A stretch of 64,000 bases of DNA from an uncultured Syntrophomonas sp. (lineage in GTDB: Bacteria > Bacillota > Syntrophomonadia > Syntrophomonadales > Syntrophomonadaceae). The first letter of the stretch is position 1, and each line of letters begins with the position of its first letter. The notes beneath the pieces are model-generated. The model was not told where the DNA came from. It did no database searches and saw only the letters and a list, made by a program, of their open reading frames with translations. The translations under genes were made by a program, and so were the position numbers. This document shows positions 37,406-46,878 of the stretch, piece by piece. The stretch is from the NCBI GenBank assembly GCA_964635975.1, contig CAZWPO010000017.1, positions 970 through 64,969 of the forward strand, written 5' to 3'.

Positions 37406-38302
37406 ATGCGAAGTGCTGAGATCAAAGGTTTAGCTGTGTTCAGCATTGCGGATGGTAAAGAAATCGGGAAAATTAGAGACTTATTGATCAACGCGGAGAA
37501 CAAATCAGTTGAATATTTGATTGTAGACATTCCCCACTGGTATTTCGGATCCTATGTCATTCCTTTCAACCAGGCAGAGGGTATCGGAACAGATGCTGTC
37601 ATGGTTGCCAAGGAAGACATAATCAAGAAATTAAGTGAAGAGCCGGTCGGCATAAAGCTGGCAGAGCAAGCGATCACTCTTATCGGCAATAGAGTTCTAA
37701 CCCAAAAAGGCCGTATCATCGGAAAGATCAGCGAGTACTTTGTAAACGAAGATACCGGTAAGGTAACCGGCTGTCAGCTGGTTGACAATGCCGACACCCC
37801 GAAAGGTATTATTCCCGCCAACGCCACTATAACTTTCGGTAAAGACGCTCTGGTGGTAAACAGGGAAGTTGAAAATATGCTGATATCTGAGATAGAAGAA
37901 TACAACCCAGCATCGACCCTGGCTCCTGTTGAACCGGTACAGACGTCGATATCAGCTCCATCAGCAAGCGCACCAACAGCCCCCGCTGATAATAGTACGC
38001 TTGGCAATGGCAATGGCAATGGCAATGGCAATGGAAACGGCAATGGCAATGGAAACGGCAATGGCAATGGAAACGGCAATGGCAATGGCAATGGCAATGG
38101 CAATGGAAATGGCAAAACGGCTAAGACAGTCGAGATGTTTGAACAGCGCCAGAGAGAATATCTCATCGGGCGGGTCGTAAAGAAAGATATCACAGACGAT
38201 AGTGGCAATTTGATAGTCGCCAAGGGTGATACGATTACCAGAGAAATCGTTGACCAGGCAGCTGCTGCTGACAAACTGAAAGAATTAATGCTCAGCGTAT
38301 AG
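37406..38302 (+). CDS. PRC-barrel domain protein with an internal (Gly-Asn)18 tract
   Basis: MRSAEIKGLAVFSIADGKEIGKIRDLLIN resembles YlmC/YmxH-type PRC barrels, and a second similar module follows. AGGAGG RBS. GTG at 37403 is an alternative start. Confidence 0.7.
   Translation: MRSAEIKGLAVFSIADGKEIGKIRDLLINAENKSVEYLIVDIPHWYFGSYVIPFNQAEGIGTDAVMVAKEDIIKKLSEEPVGIKLAEQAITLIGNRVLTQKGRIIGKISEYFVNEDTGKVTGCQLVDNADTPKGIIPANATITFGKDALVVNREVENMLISEIEEYNPASTLAPVEPVQTSISAPSASAPTAPADNSTLGNGNGNGNGNGNGNGNGNGNGNGNGNGNGNGNGNGNGKTAKTVEMFEQRQREYLIGRVVKKDITDDSGNLIVAKGDTITREIVDQAAAADKLKELMLSV
38003..38110 (+). repeat. Hexanucleotide tandem repeat (GGCAAT/GGAAAC/GGAAAT) x18 encoding (Gly-Asn)18
   Basis: Counted directly: 5x GGCAAT, GGAAAC, 2x GGCAAT, GGAAAC, 2x GGCAAT, GGAAAC, 5x GGCAAT, GGAAAT. 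Confidence 0.95.
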
Positions 38303-38339
38303 TCACTAAAGTAATTTTTCTGTTCAGAAAGGCAAATCA

Positions 38340-39455
38340 ATGCGGCCTAAGATATTTATCATTTCATTAATCATTATATTTCAGTTTACAGTTAATACGG
38401 TCATTGGAGCTGCCTGGGTCATACCCCGCAATTCCCAGGTGTTCCCTGCCGGAGTCTCTATAAATGGTATAGATATAGGCGGTCTAACGGAAAGTCAGGC
38501 TGCTTCCTTTCTTAAGCAAAAAATCCCCCTGATCGTTATTGACATGGAACTCGTAATCAATGACGGGCAGAAGAATTATATCATCAAGACCCGTGACTAT
38601 AGTTTCGCCTATGATTATGACAAAACTGTAGAGCAGGTATTTGAGACGATCACCCCGGGAAATAGTTCCTCCAGAATCATCAACAGTGTAAAACTGCAGG
38701 CAAAAGGAATGGACTTTCCTCTGCTGATATCATGTGATGAGAAGAAGCTCCTGAATGACCTGGACACCATAAATGAACAGGTTATGATAGCTGCGCAGGA
38801 TGCCAGTTTGGAATACCGTGCGGGCAAGTACATTGTTAAAGAAGAAGTTCCCGGTCAGGAGCTTCAAATCGACTCGATATTAGATAGCATCCTGACTGCT
38901 GTCAGATCAGGAGACACTGGACCGCTCACCCTGCCCAAAAAAGAGATAACCCCGCGGGTTTCAAAGCAGAATCTTGAAAATATCGACTGTGAATTGGCGG
39001 TTTTTTCAACCAGTATCGCTTATTCAACAAGCAACCGCTCGCATAACATAGTCCTTGCATCCAAGATCCTTGACAATACAGTGATCATGCCCTCGGAGAC
39101 ATTCTCATTTAACAAGCACGTAGGTGAGCGCAGTCAGGAGAAAGGCTATGCCAACGCTCCTATCATAATCAATAATGTTCTCAAAGAGGACATTGGCGGG
39201 GGAGTGTGCCAGGTGGCATCGACTTTCTACAACACAGCCCTGCTGGCCGGTTTGGGGATTATCGAGCATTCCAATCATTCAACACCCGTAAAATATGTTC
39301 CTCCCGGTAAAGACGCAACCGTTTACTATGACCAGGTTGATCTTAAAATAAAAAATACGCTGCAAAACCCTATATTGATTCGCAGCTATATCGAAAAAAA
39401 TAACCTGGTGGTAAAACTACTCGGCACTAGCAGTGACAAAAAACCACAAAGCTAA
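38340..39455 (+). CDS. VanW-family protein
   Basis: N-terminal TM segment; C-terminal FSFNKHVGERSQEKGYANAPII...GGGVCQVASTFYNTALLAGL...H...Y.PPG.DATV, typical of VanW. Confidence 0.8.
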   Translation: MRPKIFIISLIIIFQFTVNTVIGAAWVIPRNSQVFPAGVSINGIDIGGLTESQAASFLKQKIPLIVIDMELVINDGQKNYIIKTRDYSFAYDYDKTVEQVFETITPGNSSSRIINSVKLQAKGMDFPLLISCDEKKLLNDLDTINEQVMIAAQDASLEYRAGKYIVKEEVPGQELQIDSILDSILTAVRSGDTGPLTLPKKEITPRVSKQNLENIDCELAVFSTSIAYSTSNRSHNIVLASKILDNTVIMPSETFSFNKHVGERSQEKGYANAPIIINNVLKEDIGGGVCQVASTFYNTALLAGLGIIEHSNHSTPVKYVPPGKDATVYYDQVDLKIKNTLQNPILIRSYIEKNNLVVKLLGTSSDKKPQS

Positions 39456-39510
39456 GAAGCAGAATCCTTCCAAAAATCCACCTTACCAGGTATTATGCTT
39501 TTTATATTCT

Positions 39511-41334
39511 TCAAGACGCCTGTTCCTTTTTTTTGCTGGCTCTCTCCCTCTGTTCCTTATTCAAGATCATCTTGCGCAAACGCAATGATTTGGGTGTGAC
39601 CTCCAGAAGTTCCAAATCGTTAATGAATTCCAGGCACTTTTCTAGGCTCATGACAGTCGCCGGAGTCAAGCGCAGCGCATCGTCAGCGCCGGAAGCCCTC
39701 GTGTTGGTGAGATGCTTCTTCTTGCATACGTTAACCGTTATATCAACGCTGCGGGCGTTCTCCCCTACTATCATACCGGCATACACTTCGGTGCCTGGCG
39801 TTATGAAGAGCCTGCCCCTTTCCTGAGCGTTGTAAAGTCCGTAAGCTACAGCTGTTCCGCTCTCAGATGCTACCAGGGACCCTTTGCTGCGCGCTGTGAT
39901 TTCACCTTTGAACGGCTGATGGTTTTCAAAGACATGATTTAAAACACCATTTCCCCTGGTATCAGTAAGGAATTCGGAGCGGTAGCCGATTAGTCCACGG
40001 GCAGGTATCAAAAATTCCAGTTTGACGGTCGACCCGGCGCCGCTGCCCATGCTCAAGAGCTCGGCTTTGCGCCTTCCGGTCCCTTCGATGACCGTGCCGA
40101 CGTATTCTTCCGGGACCTCAACAAATAGCCGTTCTATCGGTTCGTATATAATGCCGTCCTGTTTTTTCAGGATCACCTCGGGACGAGTGACAGCAAACTC
40201 GTACCCTTCGCGGCGCATGGATTCGATCAGAATAGATAAATGCAGTTCGCCACGGCCTGATACCTTGAATGTGTCATGGTTGAGTTCCTCAACTCGAAGC
40301 GACACATTGGAAAGCAATTCCCTTTCCAATCGGTCGCGCAGATGGCGGCTGGTCACATAGGCCCCTTCCAGGCCAGCCATAGGGCTGTCATTAACTACAA
40401 AGTTCATTGCAATGGTGGGCTCATCGATATTTACAAAAGGCACCGGCTCAACTGCATCAATGGCACACAATGTATCCCCGATATTTATATCCTCCACACC
40501 TGATATAGCAGCTATTTCGCCGGCGCCAACTTGCTCGGCTTCAACCTTTTTCAAGCCTTCAAAAGTATACAAAGTGTTTATTTTGACCCGTTTTTCTTTG
40601 CCGCTGGTATTGCACAGAATCACTTCCTGACCCCTGCTGAGAACTCCACGCCCTACCTTGCCGACACCTATACGCCCTACATAATTGTCATAATCAATTG
40701 AAGAAATCACGACCTGCAGGGCTTGTTCCGGATCCCCTTCCGGAGCCGGTATCTCATACAAAATCATATCCAAAAGGGGCTTCATATCATTGCCTTCGTC
40801 ATTTACATTCAGTCTTGCAAAACCTTCTTTAGCCGATGCATAGACGACCGGAAAATCAAGCTGGTCCTCACGGGCATCAAGGTCTATGAATAGATCGATC
40901 ACCTGGTCCAGTGCCAGTTCAGGGCTGGATCCCGGACGGTCGATCTTATTGATCACCACCACTGGCTTTAAACCCGCTTCCAGCGCTTTTTTGAGCACAA
41001 AACGAGTCTGAGGCATGGGTCCTTCAAAAGCGTCCACGAGCAGTAATACCCCGTCAACCATTTTTACTATTCGCTCCACTTCTCCACCGAAATCGGCATG
41101 CCCGGGGGTATCTACTATGTTGATTTTTGTGGCGTTGTAATTTATGCTGGTATTCTTCGATAATATAGTGATGCCGCGCTCGCGTTCCAGATCATTGCTG
41201 TCCATTATTCTCTCCGGCGTCACCTGGTTATTACGAAAATATCCGGTCTGTTTTAGCAGTTTATCGACCAGGGTGGTTTTGCCATGGTCGACATGCGCTA
41301 TTATAGCTATATTTCTAAGTGATTCCTGCTTCAC
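39511..41334 (-). CDS. typA: Translational GTPase TypA/BipA
   Basis: 607 aa: [34 protein letters not shown]. Confidence 0.95.
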   Translation of the reverse strand: MKQESLRNIAIIAHVDHGKTTLVDKLLKQTGYFRNNQVTPERIMDSNDLERERGITILSKNTSINYNATKINIVDTPGHADFGGEVERIVKMVDGVLLLVDAFEGPMPQTRFVLKKALEAGLKPVVVINKIDRPGSSPELALDQVIDLFIDLDAREDQLDFPVVYASAKEGFARLNVNDEGNDMKPLLDMILYEIPAPEGDPEQALQVVISSIDYDNYVGRIGVGKVGRGVLSRGQEVILCNTSGKEKRVKINTLYTFEGLKKVEAEQVGAGEIAAISGVEDINIGDTLCAIDAVEPVPFVNIDEPTIAMNFVVNDSPMAGLEGAYVTSRHLRDRLERELLSNVSLRVEELNHDTFKVSGRGELHLSILIESMRREGYEFAVTRPEVILKKQDGIIYEPIERLFVEVPEEYVGTVIEGTGRRKAELLSMGSGAGSTVKLEFLIPARGLIGYRSEFLTDTRGNGVLNHVFENHQPFKGEITARSKGSLVASESGTAVAYGLYNAQERGRLFITPGTEVYAGMIVGENARSVDITVNVCKKKHLTNTRASGADDALRLTPATVMSLEKCLEFINDLELLEVTPKSLRLRKMILNKEQRERASKKKEQAS

Positions 41335-41611
41335 GATACTTCCCTTTCCGAAAAAGATATTTGCTGTATCTGCCGTTGAGGTTTGAGACAGTCAACATTC
41401 CAATTATACCAGTTGACCTTTTCAAATACAAACCAGATAGTTTATGAGAAGCTATGCTAAGTCTTAACCGGTAGTGCATTCTGCCTCAAGGGTCTATCGA
41501 GCCGCTTACATGTAGATATCTGTTTACGGAAATAAACTTTTGTCGTATTTTGTCGCCATTATATCTGCTGCCTGTATTCGCTCGCGGGCGGCATCTGTAT
41601 AGAATTTCAAT

Positions 41612-42787
41612 CTATTCGCTAAAATCACCGGTCTGAGCATTGCCGTTCTGGGATCTGCGCCATTTAGTAAATGAAAGGGCCACCATGCCCAGGGCCAAAC
41701 TGCTTATGATGAGATTTGCCAGGAAGCCCAAGACAGGAATCCTGGCCAATATTAAGAGGATAAGGTAGGTTACCGCAAAGGTGAGTATAAACGGCACCCG
41801 CTTTTCCCAGCCGAATCGCTCGGCCAGGTGCCTTCCCATAGCGTCTCCCACCGATATTTTGGAAGTAAAAACTACAAATATATAGACAATTATCAGCACC
41901 AATCCAAGCGGTATCCCAATAAGTGTGATGATCAACATCAGCGCTGCGACGGGTATGATCATAAGCATCAGGAAACCCCAGCCCAGGGTTTGACCCGGCG
42001 AGTCTTTAAGAAGCCGGCCCATTCCCGGCAGCATCTGGGGAAAAAGCAGATACGCCGCGCCCCATATCAGAAATCCGACCGCCATCCGCCCCAGAATCCC
42101 CCACCATGAAAATTTATTCTCTGCTTCCTTCTTTACCGGCGGTGCCGCTATTTCATCCCTTATAACGCTTCCCACCCGGGCCTGGGGAGAAATGTCGGCA
42201 TAACCAGTGGATCCATAGGCCAGGCTGCCGTTGATCACTGCAGTTGGGCCAACACTCAACTTCTGGGCATTCCAGATCTTCACATCATTATTGATAGTCC
42301 CATTGATCAGAATCTGCCCTGCGCTGCCCAAAAACTGCCCATCAACAATTCCAAATTCCTGAATAGTATTGCCAAACAAGAGAACATCTCTCTTGATTTT
42401 TGCCCCCTGCAATATGGATATAGCGTTGGCGAACCCGGTAACACTGCCCTCTACTTCGTGGCCTATCTCAATTTGATTGCCCGCGGCGCGAATGTCACCG
42501 GAAACGATTCCATTCACCCTGATAAGCTGTCCGGCTGCTATCAGATCACCGTCCACTCTGCCATTTACGGTGATGTTTTGCCCGGCGCAATAAACATCTC
42601 CCTGCACGTTAGCGTTGATGGTTATATTATTGCCTGCTGCAAAGAGCGGTCCTTTGAGATTAGCCTCATTTACCAGCACCAGGTCTCCCTGTCTTATTTC
42701 TGCAGCTGCTGCCGGACAGGACAACAGCACAGTTAAGAATAAAGCTAAAAGGATGAGCAGCTCTTTTCTTTTGAAGATTTTGCACAC
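41612..42787 (-). CDS. Membrane protein with an N-terminal signal/anchor, bactofilin-like (polymer-forming cytoskeletal, DUF583-type) beta-helix repeats and a C-terminal multi-TM domain
   Basis: Repeated I.GxV.GD..AAG units (VNGRVDGDLIAAG, VNGIVSGDIRAAG). GTG at 42787 is 5 nt after GGGGGAG. The track ORF starts at 42829. Confidence 0.55.
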   Translation of the reverse strand: MCKIFKRKELLILLALFLTVLLSCPAAAAEIRQGDLVLVNEANLKGPLFAAGNNITINANVQGDVYCAGQNITVNGRVDGDLIAAGQLIRVNGIVSGDIRAAGNQIEIGHEVEGSVTGFANAISILQGAKIKRDVLLFGNTIQEFGIVDGQFLGSAGQILINGTINNDVKIWNAQKLSVGPTAVINGSLAYGSTGYADISPQARVGSVIRDEIAAPPVKKEAENKFSWWGILGRMAVGFLIWGAAYLLFPQMLPGMGRLLKDSPGQTLGWGFLMLMIIPVAALMLIITLIGIPLGLVLIIVYIFVVFTSKISVGDAMGRHLAERFGWEKRVPFILTFAVTYLILLILARIPVLGFLANLIISSLALGMVALSFTKWRRSQNGNAQTGDFSE

Positions 42788-43066
42788 CGTAACTCCCCCT
42801 ATCGCTGTTTTTTCTTTTAATAGTATCATCTTGCCCTTATAAAGCGTTATGGGATTTGTTATTTTTTTCCTGTATTGATGTGTATAATCGTATAAAAACG
42901 GTTAAAATACTCTAGAAGCTTGAAAAACTATACAGCAAGCTGCATTCTCTTGAGACACTTTGACAGGGGAGGTATACATCAAGAAATATGGACTCTGCCA
43001 TATACTTGAATCAGACTCCTTTCCGGAGACAAAGTCCAAGAGTATTTCCAGAAGGGAGATTTAGAC

Positions 43067-43378
43067 ATGTATGAAGACAAGTATCTAGTATGTTCGGACT
43101 GCGGATGTGAGTTCCTGTTTTCAGCCTCGGAGCAGGAGTTCTACGCCGAGAAAGGATTCGAGAACCTGCCCGGCCGCTGTGCGCCTTGCAGAAAAGCGCG
43201 CAAACAGATGCGCCAAAATCAGGGGGGCTCACGCTTCAACCGCGAAGACCGCCCCTCATTTAAAACGGTCTGCGCTGCCTGTGGTCAGGAGACCACGGTG
43301 CCCTTTGAGCCCAATAACGACCGCCCGGTCTACTGTAGAGATTGCTTTCAAGCCCGCAAAGTAAAAAGCTATCGCTAA
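43067..43378 (+). CDS. CxxC-x17-CxxC zinc-ribbon domain protein
   Basis: CSDCGCEFLFSASEQEFYAEKGFENLPGRCAPC and CAACGQETTVPFEPNNDRPVYCRDC. Confidence 0.7.
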   Translation: MYEDKYLVCSDCGCEFLFSASEQEFYAEKGFENLPGRCAPCRKARKQMRQNQGGSRFNREDRPSFKTVCAACGQETTVPFEPNNDRPVYCRDCFQARKVKSYR

Positions 43379-43395
43379 TCATCATAGAAGAAGAC

Positions 43396-43425
43396 CTGCG
43401 GCCAGGCACAAAAGCCTGGCCGCAG
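43396..43425 (+). terminator. Strong stem-loop after the zinc-ribbon gene
   Basis: CTGCGGCCAGGC-acaaaa-GCCTGGCCGCAG, a perfect 12-bp stem. The T-tract is weak. Confidence 0.5.
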
Positions 43426-43786
43426 CTTGTCAAAGAAGTTGGCAAGCTGGTAGGGCGAGCAAAAAAGTTGTAGCACCCTAAAGGGCACTAGAAGCTCAGT
43501 TCGCTGCGCTCAACAAATAAGGATGACCGAGGCGCTCGGAAAGCCCGTGATTGAGGCGTACCTGAGTACGTTGATTGAGTGGGGTTTCCGAAGCACCAAA
43601 GATATACAGCTTTTTGACGGTCTGAGGCCAGGCATAAAAGCCTGGCTTCCTGTTTGCATATAAAAGTTCTTTGACAAGCCTTTCGATATGTGAAAAAATC
43701 ATCTCAGTATTGAACTAATGGTATTTTCCACTTTTGGGAGATAGGCAGGAATGTGAAAACTCAAAAACTATTAAGGGGCCTCAACT

Positions 43787-45358
43787 ATGCCTGATAATGA
43801 CAGCGAACAAATGAACTGGTCCATCCTTCTGGTGATAATTCTTGGCACTTTCATGGCCATCCTGGACAGCAGCATAGTAAACGTCGCCCTTCCCAAAATG
43901 ATGGCCATTTTCAATGCTTCAGCCAAGGACATAGAGTGGATACTTACTGCTTATATGCTGACCCTTGGAGTCATAATGCCGACTTCCGGATTCCTCGGCG
44001 ATCGCTATGGGTATAAAAAGGTTTACATAGGAGCGCTTTTTCTTTTTGTTCTTGGATCTGCATTTTGCGGGATGGCATGGAGCGTCAACAGCATGATAGC
44101 TGCCCGGGTAGTTCAGGCCCTGGGCGGCGGTATAATGCAGCCTCTGGGTATGGCTGTGCTGTACCAGTCTTTTCCCCGATCGAAAATAGGGATGGTTCTG
44201 GGATTCTGGGGTATAGCCGCCATGGCTGCGCCGGCTGTTGGGCCGACTCTGGGAGGCTATCTGGTCGAGTATGTCAACTGGCGCCTCATCTTCTACATAA
44301 ACCTTCCTATAGGTGCAGTTACTTTATTCCTGGCCGGATTGATCATGAAAGAAACCCCCATGATCAAAAGCCATCACTTCGATTTCATTGGCTTGATTAG
44401 CTCATCGGGGGGACTTTTCTGCCTGCTGCTAGCTCTTAGCAAAGGCACCAGCGAAGGCTGGACCTCCTTGTATATCTTGTCCCTGGTAATCGTCGCAGCT
44501 GCCTGTCTGACCATCTTCGTTATAAATGAGCTGTCGCATCCTGAACCGATCCTCGACCTGCGCCTGTTTAAAAACTTCATTTTTACGCTGTCTGTAGTAA
44601 TTGGCTCACTGATATCTATCGGACTTTTTGGCGCCATATTCTTGATCCCTATGATGCTTCAAAACTATCTGGGTCAAACCGCTATGACCGCTGGAATCAT
44701 AATGTTCCCGGGTGCCCTGGCTTCGGGAATCATGATGCCCATTTCCGGGCGATTGTTTGACAGATACGGGGCCCGCTGGATCGTGGCCTTCGGATTGATG
44801 GTGGTGGCCTATACCACATATGTGACCAGTACTTTCTCAGCATTGACACCCTTCTTTGCCATTACCGTATGGCTGGCGGTCAGAGGTGCGGGAATGGGCT
44901 TCTCCCTGATGCCGATCACGACCGCAGGCATGAATACAGTGCCGCCGCATCTGGTTGGGAAGGCATCCGCCCTGAGCAATCTTATCCGTCAGGTGGCCGC
45001 TTCCTTCGGTGTCGCCATGTTTACAACTATAATGCAGAACCGGCAAGTATACCATTTCGCCAACCTCGCGCAGTCCTTAAATTTAAGCAGCAGCGAATAC
45101 ATCAGTATTCAATCTTACATGAACAGCAATGCCTCATCCTGGGGATTGAGTATGAGTCAAGCGCAGGGAATAGGCTTGAGCAGCATCTCCAAGATGCTCT
45201 ACATCAGATCTATGATTGAATCGATAGATGACTGCTTCATGGTAGCAACCTTTATGTGCCTATTAGCCTTGTTACTATGCGTGTTTTTCTTTAAGGACAG
45301 CCGGCGTCCCCAACCTGTACCTGCTCCTGATGCACAGCCTCTGGCAGTAGAAGCATAA
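43787..45358 (+). CDS. MFS transporter, DHA2 (EmrB/QacA, 14-TMS) family
   Basis: 523 aa: LDSSIVNVALPKM, GFLGDRYGYKKV, 14 hydrophobic segments. Confidence 0.85.
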   Translation: MPDNDSEQMNWSILLVIILGTFMAILDSSIVNVALPKMMAIFNASAKDIEWILTAYMLTLGVIMPTSGFLGDRYGYKKVYIGALFLFVLGSAFCGMAWSVNSMIAARVVQALGGGIMQPLGMAVLYQSFPRSKIGMVLGFWGIAAMAAPAVGPTLGGYLVEYVNWRLIFYINLPIGAVTLFLAGLIMKETPMIKSHHFDFIGLISSSGGLFCLLLALSKGTSEGWTSLYILSLVIVAAACLTIFVINELSHPEPILDLRLFKNFIFTLSVVIGSLISIGLFGAIFLIPMMLQNYLGQTAMTAGIIMFPGALASGIMMPISGRLFDRYGARWIVAFGLMVVAYTTYVTSTFSALTPFFAITVWLAVRGAGMGFSLMPITTAGMNTVPPHLVGKASALSNLIRQVAASFGVAMFTTIMQNRQVYHFANLAQSLNLSSSEYISIQSYMNSNASSWGLSMSQAQGIGLSSISKMLYIRSMIESIDDCFMVATFMCLLALLLCVFFFKDSRRPQPVPAPDAQPLAVEA

Positions 45359-45409
45359 TCATACAATATTTGAGCCAGCGACCTGAATTATCCTATGAGG
45401 AGTCTGTTA

Positions 45410-46498
45410 ATGGAAAAGATTGATATTGCTATAATCGGGGCCGGAGTTGTAGGCCTGGCTATAGCCCGTGAATTGTCCGGGAAGACGGGGAAAACCGTCG
45501 CCGTGTTGGAGAGGAACCTTAAATTTGGCCAGGAAACCTCCAGCCGCAACAGCGAAGTAATACATTCGGGGATTTATTACCCACATCACTTGCTCAAAAC
45601 CCAGCTCTGCCTGGAGGGCAGAGAGTTACTATATCAATTCTGCGAAGAATTCAGCATTGAGCATAGACGGATAGGCAAACTGGTCATCAGCCATGACGAT
45701 AGGGACGCCGAGCAGCTCTTTAAAATAAGCCGGCAGGCGCTGGCAAATGACGTCGAGGCAAGGTACCTGTCAAAAAGGGAAATCATTGATTTAGAACCGG
45801 CCATTGCGGCAGAAAATGCGCTCCTGGTTCCCTCCAGCGGTACTATCAATTCCCATCATTTTTTGCAATCTCTTTACTACCAGGCCAGGAGAAACCAGGT
45901 CGTCTTTCTTTTCGATTCTCCGGTGTTGGATATTACTTATGACGGTCGTGGGTATCTGATAACTTCAAGCAGGGAAAAAATCTGGTCTGAAGTGCTGATA
46001 AATGCTGCTGGATTGGAGGCTGCAGACCTGGCCGCGTCTATTGGCATTGATGTTGATCAGTGCCGATATACAATATATCCGTGTAAAGGGGAATATTTCA
46101 GGATTAACCGCAAAATGCCGGTCAGCCATCTTATATACCCAATTCCCGGAGACGTAAGTCTGGGCATCCACCTGACTATAGATACCGGAGGTGCTATGCG
46201 GCTGGGCCCCAGCGCCTTTTATGTTCGCGAATTGGACTATTCAGTAAATGAAGACCATCGATACGACTTCTTCAATGCTGCTGCCAGATTCCTGCCCGGT
46301 CTTCGGCCAGACGACCTGTCTCCCGATTTCTCCGGCATCAGGCCCAAACTGCAGGGGCCTGATGATGATCTAAGGGATTTCGTTATTCAAGAGGAAAGCA
46401 GCCTTAGTTTTCCCGGCCTCATCAATCTCATCGGTATCGAATCCCCTGGACTGACCTCATCGCTCGCCATAGCCAGATATGTGGGAGCGATGCTGTAA
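45410..46498 (+). CDS. FAD-dependent oxidoreductase (L-2-hydroxyglutarate oxidase/DAO family)
   Basis: DIAIIGAGVVGLAIAREL dinucleotide motif, SSRNSEVIHSGIYY. ATG at 45410 follows GAGGAG. Confidence 0.75.
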   Translation: MEKIDIAIIGAGVVGLAIARELSGKTGKTVAVLERNLKFGQETSSRNSEVIHSGIYYPHHLLKTQLCLEGRELLYQFCEEFSIEHRRIGKLVISHDDRDAEQLFKISRQALANDVEARYLSKREIIDLEPAIAAENALLVPSSGTINSHHFLQSLYYQARRNQVVFLFDSPVLDITYDGRGYLITSSREKIWSEVLINAAGLEAADLAASIGIDVDQCRYTIYPCKGEYFRINRKMPVSHLIYPIPGDVSLGIHLTIDTGGAMRLGPSAFYVRELDYSVNEDHRYDFFNAAARFLPGLRPDDLSPDFSGIRPKLQGPDDDLRDFVIQEESSLSFPGLINLIGIESPGLTSSLAIARYVGAML

Positions 46499-46501
46499 AC
46501 A

Positions 46502-46537
46502 TGAAAGCTCTCTCAGATTTGAATGAGAGAGCTTTCA
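46502..46537. terminator. Bidirectional terminator hairpin
   Basis: TGAAAGCTCTCTCA-gatttgaa-TGAGAGAGCTTTCA, a perfect 14-bp stem followed by TTATTT. Confidence 0.7.
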
Positions 46538-46575
46538 TTATTTCGTATTTCACATCCCAATAGACAGCGGGGCTT

Positions 46576-46794
46576 CTAAGAACCGTCTTCCATCCTGGAG
46601 CACACCTTCATATGCCCCTCGGCTATACCGTCGCAAAACGGCATGGCAGCTGATTTACCACATCTGCACAGAGCTATAGGGGTGTCCTTTTCAATCGTAT
46701 TGCCCAGATCATCAACCAGGTGAATATGTCCTGCTACTATGGCCGGCCCCCTGGATAAAATCTGTATAGTCCCTTGGCTAGTCATGCTTGGCAA
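46576..46794 (-). CDS. CDGSH-type iron-sulfur domain protein with a variant motif
   Basis: 72 aa with CRCGKSAAMPFCDGIAEGH. The canonical motif is CxCxxSxxxPxCDGxH; here three residues are inserted between CDG and H. Confidence 0.55.
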   Translation of the reverse strand: MPSMTSQGTIQILSRGPAIVAGHIHLVDDLGNTIEKDTPIALCRCGKSAAMPFCDGIAEGHMKVCSRMEDGS

Positions 46795-46878
46795 TCATCC
46801 TTTCCTGTTGTATAGAGTTATGATTGCCGCTATGAAGCAATAAAATCCGTCCCTGTGGAAATGTAAATAATTCATGAA

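Noticed and set aside
38003-38110. Possible CRISPR or other spaced-repeat array
   Set aside because: The units are contiguous 6-nt repeats with no spacers, and they lie in-frame within a coding sequence. This is a microsatellite-type coding repeat, not CRISPR.
37774-38340. 188-aa reverse-strand ORF with (Leu-Pro)n repeats
   Set aside because: It is the antisense reading of the (GGCAAT)n array inside the well-supported PRC-barrel gene. The + strand ORF at 37929-38180 is an off-frame shadow of the same repeat.
43496-43702. 68-aa reverse-strand ORF between the zinc-ribbon and MFS genes
   Set aside because: It runs through the second GC hairpin, has no RBS, and its sequence is unremarkable. It is more likely non-coding.
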